Source of the DNA: Tubiluchus corallicola
Lineage: Eukaryota; Animalia; Priapulida
Assembly (NCBI GenBank): GCA_030141605.1
Contig: JAQGDQ010000081.1
Location: forward strand, 1-64,000
DNA: 64,000 nt
Direction of reading: 5' to 3'
The notes under the pieces were generated by a model. The model ran no database searches, was not told where the DNA came from, and saw nothing but the letters and a program-made list of their open reading frames with translations. Below, piece after piece: positions 51,232 to 61,813 of this stretch. Each line of letters starts with the position of its first letter. Positions within the stretch are counted from its first letter, which is position 1. The translations under genes were made by a program, and so were the position numbers.

Positions 51232-51450
51232 ATCAGCACAGCACCTGACTTGCAATTCTATATAACCTGGATTGAAGATAGTGACTGCAAAAACTTGTTT
51301 GATGATGCAAAGAAACGTTTTGACTGTGGCGTTTTCGCTTGCCTGCCTAGCCTAAATATGGTTGAGTGAGCAGTTAAAATTGCAGACAAAACACAGAAAA
51401 GAGGCAGACGTAGTCAGAAGTTGCAAGTCGGGGTATAGCAGTGCTGCTGA
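51232..51450. repeat. Imperfect inverted repeat (old foldback element)
   Basis: cagcacagcacctgacttgcaattct vs agaagttgcaagtcgggtatagcagtgctgctg. Confidence 0.55.
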
Positions 51451-52600
51451 GGGCAAAGCTCGCGTCTTTTATGAATGGAAGTGATAGTTGTTCAGCATTA
51501 TGTTTTCCTTCATATAACTACAGATTTCTCATTAATTTAAATAGTTATCGTTAACAACGGTTTTTGGAGTTTTGCCAGTGTTGATTGATACAGTTGTCAC
51601 ATTTGTGGATGACGTTGCTGTAATATTTCGCTACACTGCAGAAAACTAAAGTAAACAACAGTCAATACTAAAACTTACCAACCCTGTTAGAGTGAATTTA
51701 AAGCACAAAAACACTCTTTAAAATCCCTATGAAACTTTACATAACTTACATGCAATCTTATTGCGCATAGAGCTTGCGTTAGCAGTAATACTGTATAAAA
51801 CTTGTAAATTAATTTAAACTCCCGCGATGACCGTTAGGCGTTTGAGGATAAGACACGAAATAAATTAAATAACATTGCTTAAAGTTTGAAAAAAGAATCA
51901 GAGTTCGCAGCACACTCGTCGCGTACTAAGCAAGAGCTTAAATTACTTTATAGTGTCAATAACATCAATAATACGTGTTTTTCTCTTGGTGAGTGAGTGG
52001 TGCACCAGTGGGATGGCGATGCAGTGCCGTTTTAGCAGGGGGCGCAAATATATGAATTTATTAAGATTTTTTTTCTAATTACAAAAGTCTTTCAAAAACT
52101 ATGTTAAGTAATATAACTTTGTGTTGGAAGTTTTTTGGGCCTTTTATTCCGCTTTAAATTATCAACTGTTACCTGTTAGTGATCAAGAAAAGAATCTCGG
52201 TCACTTACACGTTTTGGCATTTCACCTTTAAATTTAAAGTGACTATCATAATGTGATTCCGGCAAATCTGAAAGTTCATTTAATTTTTTGCAAACAACCA
52301 TACCAAGAATAACAATTAAGCACAGATTATGAACAGTAGCTTACAGCACCGTATTTTTAAAGCTAACAAAAACTACACGAAAAAGCCAGCCTCTTGGAAT
52401 CAGCATCTTTATTAAATGCAGACGATCGTTTCGTTGTTATGCAAATTTTGTGTTTTCTTCTGACGCTACAGTGCTTTTTCTCTCATTATGTAAACTTTGA
52501 CTGCATTAACATATTTTTTGCTGTAGTTATGAACTTTTGTCTGACTCTCATGCACATAAAGTACAAGTTTATACGTTTTTCATAGAATCTTTCTCTAAGG

Positions 52601-53092
52601 CAGGGGTGTGCAAATTACGGCCCGCGGGCCACTTGCGGCCCGCCGAGAGAATTTGTGCGGCCCGCGAAGAGTTTTGTCAACCTAATGAAAGTGAGGCCCG
52701 GGCGATTAATTGAGTGTATCCAGCTGAAGTCCGTGCCACGATCCCAAAGATAGTGCGGGTAGTTTTTTTCTACTAGATCGGATGCCATTAACCCTTACAA
52801 GACGGTTGTAGCTTTATGTCACTGTACTACACAGGCTGTGTGATACACATTACTAATATGCATTGTAATGAAATTACTACTATCTGTCCTGAAAGTAGAA
52901 ATATATGGTTTGTAATATAAATTTTAATAACTTCTAAAATAGTTTCTTGAGTGTAGTAGTAATGATGTACGCATTTCGGATGCAAAAAAAATCGTTATTA
53001 GGCCTTTCTGTACTTGGCTCCTTGATCAAACTGCCTGTTCCTGCGGGAAAGTTTAATGTGGCCCGGCTAGTCAGATAATTTGCACACCCCTG
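52601..53092. mobile_element. hAT (Charlie-like) MITE, 492 bp
   Basis: Perfect 17-bp TIR CAGGGGTGTGCAAATTA/TAATTTGCACACCCCTG; perfect 8-bp TSD CTCTAAGG; repeated gcggcccg subterminal motifs. Confidence 0.95.
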
Positions 53093-54332
53093 CTCTAAGG
53101 GTATTTCTACTTGTATTCTGCTAACTTAAATTTCGCTATTTTGATTTTGAAATGTTTTTATACAATGTCATAATGTGCAATGTCGTAATTGCAATGTCAC
53201 AAATATAATGATTACTTCTTCCGCCTTAAACTTTAGCATTGAGGATGACATGTTTTGTTGAAATGATCGACTGAATTAACAAAACAGCTAATATAAACTG
53301 ATGTCTAAACTAGTCTTGATACGAATCATTGTGCTACTCATTTGTTAAACACTATCCAACTGCTTATATATGTCATTTAAAACATCTTTTACCGTTGTCA
53401 TAATCAGTTATTTTTCGTGAATATGTTATGTGGAACACCATTTGCTATTGACACGATCCGTTTTTTTCACAAAATTTTGGAATGCAGAATCAACTCTATT
53501 GTAGCGTCACAATACTCAAATCACTTATAATGTAATATCATGTTTGTGACTAAATGCATATGTATTATTCGCCCGTATAAATTCGTTTATTCGTAAATTC
53601 ATTTACAATTAAAAACTGTTAAAAATGCATTACATGAAAACAAAAACGGTAACATCATCATGGCGAGTAGAGTCATCACTTTATAGACTTACTTTGCAAG
53701 CGGATAACGCAAATAACGTCCAGCACATTTTTAAAATTTTAAAAACTAGAACTAGTCACACTCAAAGATTGTTTTTCTTGTCTTCAAAGTTGCTCATTTA
53801 ACTGTTCCTTTAAGCTTCTAATTTTGACTTAGTTCATGTTTTAATTCTTTTGTTTATTGCTTTCATTTACAGGCGACACGGCAAAGGACATTAAACAGTG
53901 ATAATACTTTTCAAGTACAGACTTTAGATAAAAACATTCAGTCTAACGCATTAAACGAAGAATAAAAACGAAATTTTATTCTTGTTCTCACATGGTGCCG
54001 ATTTTATTCTTGTTCTCGACAATTTGATTATTTAAATAAAGAATGTTTTTATTATGATCAGAGATCTTGAGTTTGTTTCCCTTTGTAGCTTACGGAGATT
54101 AATCACTTTAGTGGTCCGTTGCTTGATGGTGGGATAATGAAGAGATTTTTACGGATGGCACCGTCACATTACTAATTTTATATAGTGTAAAAATCGCCAA
54201 TCGCTATTATCCTGAGCAACTGAGTTTGAATTTTATAGTGACGATATTTAACTCAGCATGTATGTTATTCAGAGAAAGACCTACAGACTATTAAATCTCC
54301 TGGGTTTAGCCAACTATAGACTTAAATTCTTA

Positions 54333-54400
54333 GGGCAGGGTAGCCGAGTGATCCAGATCTTGAACTGCAAAAAACCGTTCGAGTCTAGCGACTGCCAAAG
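54333..54400 (+). mobile_element. tRNA-like SINE head
   Basis: A-box TAGCCGAGTG and B-box GTTCGAGTC; shortened, no complete cloverleaf. Confidence 0.45.
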
Positions 54401-54942
54401 CCAGGACATATGTGCATTGCGTTGCATTATAAGTGCAAGTTGCTAAACAGCAGTTAGAGCTAATGTTGTCTGTTAAACGAGCGACGGTAAATAAATTTTG
54501 TTTTTGTCTTTATAGTTTATATAATATACGCTCTTTTACACAATATTTGAAAAACAAGGTTTTGAAATGTGTTTGTGATTTCTTGTTTATTATCGATCTC
54601 TTAACAGTACAGAAGAATGTGCAATTAATCAGCAATCCAACTTATATAATTTGATGCTGTATAGCTTGATTTAAAGGAGAGATATAATTTGAATGTTAAA
54701 AAAACACTAAATGCCAAAACTAAGCTAAAAACTAAATTGAAGTATTTTTATTCGATTCTATAATCATTTTATATAGTTTAGTATTAGGATTATACGCTTA
54801 TAACAAATCGTGTTAAAAACTAGCTTTATGCAAATTGCATAAATTACATAAATAACTACCTCTACCTCCCGAATGCCTACATCCGTATATCGATATCCCG
54901 AAACAGTGAAATAATAACCTAATGTACTTCTTATTGCAGTAA

Positions 54943-55131
54943 TTAACATGAACACTGCTTTAGCTGCAGTCCTCTTCTCTTCAATTGACTGGTCATCCAT
55001 TTGGTGAATTTGCTGGCATTCGCATAAACACCGGGCTTATCAGGATGAGCACACTCATATCCCCACGATACAATTCCGCATTGTTTTTTCTTATTGTCTA
55101 CATCTACTACAAGTGGCCCACCAGAATCACC
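54943..55131 (-). CDS. Trypsin terminal exon (catalytic Ser)
   Basis: GDSGGPLV...GIVSWGYECAHPDKPGVYA. Confidence 0.95.
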   Translation of the reverse strand, partial: GDSGGPLVVDVDNKKKQCGIVSWGYECAHPDKPGVYANASKFTKWMTSQLKRRGLQLKQCSC

Positions 55132-58100
55132 CTGAAATAAAGAAGACATTTTGACTAGTGTTTAGCCGCTACGATTTTGCAGCCTCAGCCGCATTCTGAG
55201 TGCTTACATTTACAGTACCATGACCAAACGCTACTGTACTGGTAGCCGGGCTTAATCATGACAATATTTGCAAACTTTATAATACACAGTCGTCCAGATA
55301 AAATGTTCTCTCAAATTTATTCGTAATGCTTCAGCCGGGTAGAGGCGTTTATACATTCTCCTTCTAAACAGCTACACATTTCCCAGCAAACCACCACCAA
55401 GGGCCGCTAGAATGTTTTTCCTACACCTGTATTGCGGCAAAGAGCGAAAACGACCAACTTCGTATCTTCACCCATCGTTCTTAGAGGAGCACCGTGTTAG
55501 AGAAAACGTCCTATAGCGGCGCTTGGTGGAGACTTGAAGGGAAATTTCTAACTTTTTGAAAGGAGTAGAAATCGGACTATACGATCATGTGGATCTTTTA
55601 CAAATGCTTCCACCAGGATGAAGTGCTACCAGTCAGTTTGAGGGAACTCTTTTCTAGACGACCTTGTTGTGCAAGTGAAAACTAATTCACTAATTCAACA
55701 ATTTTGTCATTTTCTTGCCATCTTTTATGGTGCAGAACAACTTTGCTAGAGGTTACCTTGCAATTCGGCAAGCAGTGCAGTGCATAAATCAACATTAACA
55801 CATTTTACAACATTAACAAAAACAGTTCTGTTAAACAAGCAATTCTTTTCTGTACACCAAGCCACACGAAGCGTCATTTTAAAGGCACTGACAAATCAGC
55901 AAATATTCTCTTTGCAAAGGAACTTTTCACGGTCTTAAACATCAGGCATACCTGACAACTGTCTTTACCAGCTGATGACGCACAAATCATGTCCCTTTTA
56001 ATCAGGCTTCCGATAGCTGGTTTGCATTTGCCTTCGGTATTGATGACTACGTCTGCCATTAGTAGAATATATGAAGTGCTGAGCATAAATAAAGAGTGAA
56101 AAAATCATGTTTTGTCTTGATAGCAAAATTCATGCAATGAAACTTTCCTAATGACGATGTTTATAATCTCTGTTTGCTGCAGTTTCTTAAGTTCAGAAAC
56201 TGCCATAGACGGTCACGAAATCATTAAGAACAATGTAGCTGCCTCGAACAGGCAGAAAATATTTGTGCTAGGAAATTTGGAATGGATTCATATGGAGTTT
56301 GTGAGTGATGACACGGTCAACTTTCGTTACTAGATCATCTTATTCGTAAAAACAAGTTTCGCTCAATTTTGGACCAGAGGAATTGGGTTCCAAGTGGATG
56401 TTCTTTTCCGCGCAGTTAGTCGGAGCATTAAGAGCTTTTTGCAGTAACTGTAACATGGAAGGTATCATCAGGGAACATCAAAGCGCTGTTACAACCGGTG
56501 CAAGCACAGTCTTGCAACCATAGGAAGCGATCATCAGACTTTGGAGCTAGATGTGACAGATAAGGCATAGTGGAGACGAGCCATTCATAATGTTGTCGCA
56601 TCTTTTGAGGGAACATGGAAGTTCAGAGGAGATTAAGCGGAATTGCAAGCAGTCACGTTCTGAGGACATCTCATTCACTACTTTAGGACTCATCGATGCT
56701 AATACATGATCCTATGTGCTCTATGTAGAGTGGAGTCGAAGAAGACGAAGAAGATATATACTTACACAATTGTTTGGGTTAAGCACTCTGGGCTCAAATA
56801 AAATTTAAAATGAGATAATAAAACACAAAGATATTTGACTTTTAATTCACTTTTCTTGTTCCTACTTTTTTCGTCATTCAGACCAGTAAATGTTTGATTT
56901 TAAAACTGATTTCACCGTCATCGAAGGCAGAGAGTGACAATTTTAGTATCGTCTTTGTTTTGAATAATAAGAATGTCTACAGTGCAAAAAGACCGAAACA
57001 CGTACAATTAATCGGTATTAATAAAAAGTATCTTCCGACGAATAAAAATAAAGCAGTACTAACGATCCAAATTCGGTTACGCCCCAACCAGTCACTTTTG
57101 CCAGCTTGCCGTCCACGCATTCGCCTGAAGGAAAGATTGCGAACTAGTTAGATTTTTGCTGCAATAAGTAACCAAACAGCAGCAAGACACAAAAGCTCAA
57201 AAGCTGTTAATACAGTTTAGAAAAAAGGGGGGGGGCGACTATTGTCCAAGGGCTGTGACGATTCACGTTGCAGTGTTAGAGTGCCACAGACATAAGAATT
57301 TAGTAAGTATGAAGAGGATTGTTGAATTGGAAAAAAATAAAAACTGCATAAAATGGAAATTTTAGCCATTTTTTGTTTTATTGCCTTCTGAGTAAATCCA
57401 TAGAGCTGTTTATTTCGCCACGTTGTTCTTTTTCATATAATACAAAGCTTTGCCATTTATGAAGGAAACAATGCGTACTAACTTTTCATAAATTTGGATT
57501 TTATGACATCTGTAAATGTGTATCTGTAGTCTGTTAACAGACGGGTTTTTATTATTGTCTTGACCGTCGTGCCCAGGAGAATGGCCAGTAGGTAATTCGA
57601 GTAGAGAAAAAGAGAGGGGAAGGCATAGGGGAATGAAAAGAGAAAGAGAGAGACAGAGAGACAGACCAGAGAGAGAGAAAGTTGTACTGCGAGTGAACCT
57701 GCGAATCACAGCGATCAAAGCCTTCCGGGTTTTGCTAGTCGTTTTAAAGTGCCACAAAATACTAAATAAACGAGTAACTAAATACTTCACATTCAGGATT
57801 AGTTTTTTTTAAAATTAAATGACCGTTTCGAAAATTTACACAGACTTGAGAAAAAATATTAAATGCTAAGGGTAAGTTGAAGTTTTGAAAAGTAGGAAAA
57901 AAAGGTGAAAACGAGTTATACCTGTTACAATTCACTAATCTATATCGAACTCACCCGCTGCCGCAATCTCAGTAGTACACACCCTTCCATTATTTAAGAG
58001 AGAACACGGAATAGGATCATCAAGAATGAGTAAGCATATATCTTTCCGTTTGGTTACATTATTGTACCTTTTGTGACATATAATATTTTTAACCTAAAAA

Positions 58101-61100
58101 TATATAATTTATTTAGCGAAGAATCAGAACAGCGCGGTACTCAGTTTCTCATAATTTCAATGAAAAATTTCAGACGCAAGACGATTGCATAGATTGCAAC
58201 ACGTTTGTATTGTATTATTAATAGGAAATCACGAAAAGATTTTACACGTGTCTGGTGTAAACGGGGTACATCAGTACGTAGATGGTGTTCAAAATGAGTA
58301 TTTAGTAAATAGTAGAACTTCGATTTAAAAAAACGTGTTTGTAGAGATCTGCGTGATTCTGCGCTTTGTGGGAAATGAGGGAAAATAATACATGTATGTA
58401 TCGTTTGCAATTCAAACGAAAATTACAAAGAAGCAAAACAGACACCTACTAAGTTTGGTGCGAGCAATAAGTTTAGATCAGCAAAATAAAAAATAAAAGT
58501 TTAATCATGCACCGAATGAGCTTTTAAAAATCTGTAATGACAGAAATAGAATTTAGTCATACTGTAAGAGTCGCTTTCTGACTCCATAGTTAAACAGATA
58601 TCACTACAGTCGAGTGATAAATGTTTTGATTTAGTTATGCAGTTGATATTTCTGCTCCTTTCTGACTTTCCTATTTACTTTCAGGCCTGGTCTACCCACC
58701 CCTTCATAACTTTATAATGACATAGGAAATGGATTTATTGAATGGTCAGGCGCACGTGAGGAGGACAGAACGTTACTTTGATATGATGGCGACAGGTTGT
58801 TCTGTGAAGACGTTAACATTAGATATGGCAGAACTAGTGAAGTTAAAGTAGTTGGACACAGCGGGGATCAGTTCGATCTAATGGTGATTTGGATTGTAAT
58901 TCCACATCCCACTGTTGCGGGACGGTTTGGAAGAAAGACGATTGTTATTAGCTGTTGGTCTGGAAGTTAGGAGGTGAGCTGACGTCTGGGAAAAGGTATG
59001 AGCCGACTTATAGAGTAATTACTTATTACGGCGTTAAAAGAGATATCTGAGAACCACAGAGTGAAAGAGCTGTCTGATGGTACGTGCTACTGAGTTATAA
59101 TTCTAGCGTTATGTGACGGAACCAGTCTGACGGTGGTTGATAGTTTACTGAATTTGGTATGACCAGGACTGTTTTCATGTATATTGCACAATTTTCATTC
59201 ATGGTATTGCACAAATATCATTCATGGAGACGGCACCGTGTACACGAGTTTAGATATCCCCTCCCCTAACATTTCTTTCTATTCTAATACCCCTGATTAT
59301 AGTGATGTCTTAACTGAATGGTTCTTTTGCTTAATGAATGTCGTGGTTGCCAGCGGAAGTGTCTTTTAGTTTTCTAATGATACTACGTTTAATTTTGTGT
59401 TAACGATACTATAATCGAAAACATTCAATTATTACTTTGTCATATTGGATTTTTACAATAATCTTGTCTGTATTTGTTTCTTATTGAATCACGATGTTGT
59501 TTGGTGTATTTGCATTTTGGCTAAGTAAACATAATAACAATATCTGCACCCTGACGATCGAGTTCCTCCGGTTTCATGCAAAGATTTAGTAAACAACTAA
59601 ACAAATTAGTCCTTAGACCCACGACACGTTACAACATCAACAGCTCACTTTGCCGAAAGCTTTCTTTGTTAGCAATTTATCAGATCAAACGCTGATGTCT
59701 GTGCATGTTTGATATATTGCCAAGGATTTCCTGTCTACTCTTTCTTGCTAAATTCCATGCATATGTGAAAGATCCTTATACATAATAACAATTCCTACTG
59801 CAGCTACTACTACTACTACTACTAATAATAATAATAATAATAAGCTATGATGTCTGAACCGTAATGGCAGCTATACTGTATAGTCAGGGACGTATCTAGC
59901 CTGATGGTTCTGTCCCGCCCATCTCTAATGCAAATTTATGGTTGCTTATGTAATGAGCAGCTTAAGCAATTACTTGTGGTGTATTAGAAACACTATTAAC
60001 CTAGTTTCTATGTGGTAATTATTAATGCACTAGCCAAACGCCGCAAAAGAATTTTGCGCATACACTCAGAAAAACAACCACACCACACCACACAACCACT
60101 CACCACCTTACTCTCAAAACACCACCCACACCACACCAAACCAACCCACCGTTCCACCCACAGCACACGACACACACCATACCACAACACCACACCATCC
60201 ACATCATAGCACACCACCCACGCCATACCACTGCACACCACACCACCCACACCCTACCATTCCACCACATTATCCACACCACATCACCCACACCACACCA
60301 CCCAGACCAAACTACACCACACCCATCACACCACTCTACCAACACCACACCACACCATCCACAGCACAACACCCACAGCAGACCATTCACAGTACACACA
60401 CCACACACACCACTTCATACATGGGGATCATGATGTTGGAGACGATAATGATGATGACGACAATAATGATGACACCTACAACACCAACACCAACAGTACA
60501 GCATCACAGCAGCCATTCAAAATATTTTGCACAAACTGTGTGCTATGCTATAGCAAATGCTCTTAAACCTATCTACCAATGATCAATAATGCGCGGACAT
60601 TCAACACAGTTTTGTTTTGCTGCTTCTCAGATGATCATAACCTAACAGAACTTATTTATTTGTAAAATCTATAACACTATAGAATGCCTGGAACAACCGC
60701 GAAGTTTCTCAAACTCATTTCAATGGATGTTCCAAATAGCGGGCAGCACAGGAGAGTAGAAAAAGAACTTCGAATGCACCCCTCCAGTTTCATCCAGTAT
60801 ATATCTCTCCTAGTGAATCCACAAGCACTTTGTAGACCCCTGCGTCCTCTTTCTGCGAGTGTGCTTATTTTTTCCCCAGCATGCCCAAAGCGTTGGCACA
60901 AATTGAGTTTTTCTAGAGGCAGTTTGAGCAGTTTTTAGAAAAATTTGCGTGGTTTGGTCCGGGAAAATGCCTGTACCAGGCATTATTGGCCCGCTTGCAA
61001 AATCTAAATATGACTATAACACCCACCATTGAACCGGCTATTAAACCGTTACCGGCACCGCCCCCGACGCGTTCCCGTTCTCTAGAAATAAGCGGTATAA

Positions 61101-61813
61101 GAAAAAAATGGCCATTTTTGGAGGTTTTCGCCCCCGTTCCTTCCGGTGGCACCAATTCGAAAAACAGAACCCCAATGGACATTTCGTTTGATGTATAGAT
61201 CGTCGAGAACCGTGCCGTCGTTGAAGCTGTAGCCTCGTCGGTTATATATATAGCGAGATACAGATTTGCATAGCGCTTATAGGCTGCGCAACTGCTTGTT
61301 GTGTAGTACTTTGCACCTGTTCGTTACGTGGCACTTATATAAAAGCTACTCTCAGTAACTGCCTATGGTGCATTATAAAATGTGCCCTTTACATGAATAT
61401 GAAAGTTGCACAGTTTCCCAGGAGAATAAGAATTTTTTCTAAAATGTGACGCCCTTCAAAGTTTGGCGCCCTAGGTTATAGCTTAGTTAGTTTATTGGTT
61501 AATACGCCCCTGTGTATAGTTGTTATAATAAAAGAGAATTTAAACGTGTCTTACTCTAAGTTTCGTCAGCTCATACTTATTTTCATGACCAACGCCTACA
61601 AAAACATCGCTTGGTATAGCATTCCTATAAAAAAAGAAGCAAAGTGTCAAGTTTTGCAGAGATCTAAATGCAAAATGGTTTTATTATTTAGGGCTACTTC
61701 ATTGTACTTACTTACTTTTTTATACAGTGGGCAGCTGTAAGTACTACACCCGGATTGCATCCTATCAGGCTGCCACCGCAGAACTGAAAACCGCTTGGAC
61801 GCAACAAAGCCAC
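54943..61813 (-). CDS. Trypsin-like serine protease (S1A), 5'-partial; exons 61813-61716, 61624-61555, 58093-57955, 57124-57064, 56078-55952, 55131-54943
   Basis: Catalytic triad motifs LTAAHC, KDICLL, DSCQGDSGGP; FCGGSL, VTGWG, GIVSWGYEC, PGVYA; Asp189-type S1 pocket; all splice phases chain; signal/IVGG exon not found in window. Confidence 0.92.
55288..55662. repeat. Long imperfect palindrome (foldback element) in last trypsin intron
   Basis: gtcgtccagataaaatgttctctcaaa / tttgagggaactcttttctagacgac and ccaccaagggccgctagaatgtttt / aaaacgtcctatagcggcgcttggtgg. Confidence 0.7.
55952..56078 (-). CDS. Trypsin exon
   Basis: STSYILLMADV...MICASSAGKDSCQ. Confidence 0.92.
56200..56755 (+). mobile_element. 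Decayed RTE-clade LINE 3' fragment
   Basis: Translates QGTSKRCYNRCKHSL..DHQTLELDVTDKA*WRRAIHNVVASFE (RTE C-terminal pattern KRYKD.LK.SL..WE..A.DR..WR..I..G..FE); gaagaagacgaagaag tail. Confidence 0.65.
57064..57124 (-). CDS. Trypsin exon (GWG)
   Basis: GECVDGKLAKVTGWGVTEFGS; |gttagt. Confidence 0.88.
57955..58093 (-). CDS. Trypsin exon (catalytic Asp)
   Basis: VKNIICHKRYNNVTKRKDICLLILDDPI; |gtgagt. Confidence 0.9.
58690..59370 (-). mobile_element. Highly decayed LINE RT 3' fragment
   Basis: Remnant LG.GI..L, KTVLVIP, SFF...WN-like motifs; many stops. Confidence 0.35.
60030..61258 (-). mobile_element. Non-autonomous Helitron-like element with internal CACCA-rich satellite
   Basis: Minus strand 5' A|TCTCGCTATATATATAA; 3' hairpin CGCAAAA-TTC-TTTTGCG 8 nt before CTAG|T; no TSD. 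Confidence 0.7.
60065..60415. repeat. Degenerate (CACCA)n low-complexity satellite
   Basis: Direct observation; source of the spurious H/T/P and C/G/V/W ORFs. Confidence 0.9.
61555..61624 (-). CDS. Trypsin exon
   Basis: NAIPSDVFVGVGHENKYELTKLR; phase 2 in, phase 0 out. Confidence 0.82.
61716..61813 (-). CDS. Trypsin exon (catalytic His)
   Basis: VALLRPSGFQFCGGSLIGCNPGVVLTAAHCIK; ttcag| and |gtaagt. Confidence 0.92.

Noticed and set aside
54333-54400. Functional tRNA gene
   Set aside because: A/B boxes present but no complete cloverleaf or anticodon arm; treated as a SINE head, likewise 20105-20180, 28745-28825 and 30170-30250
60008-60408. H/T/P-rich and C/G/V/W-rich ORFs
   Set aside because: Translations of the CACCA satellite, not genes; the same applies to 7119-7617
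61440-61512. Additional hAT MITE (..gttaatacgcccctg)
   Set aside because: Only one terminus visible, no partner TIR or TSD; similar orphan ends at ~40351, ~52021 and ~62990
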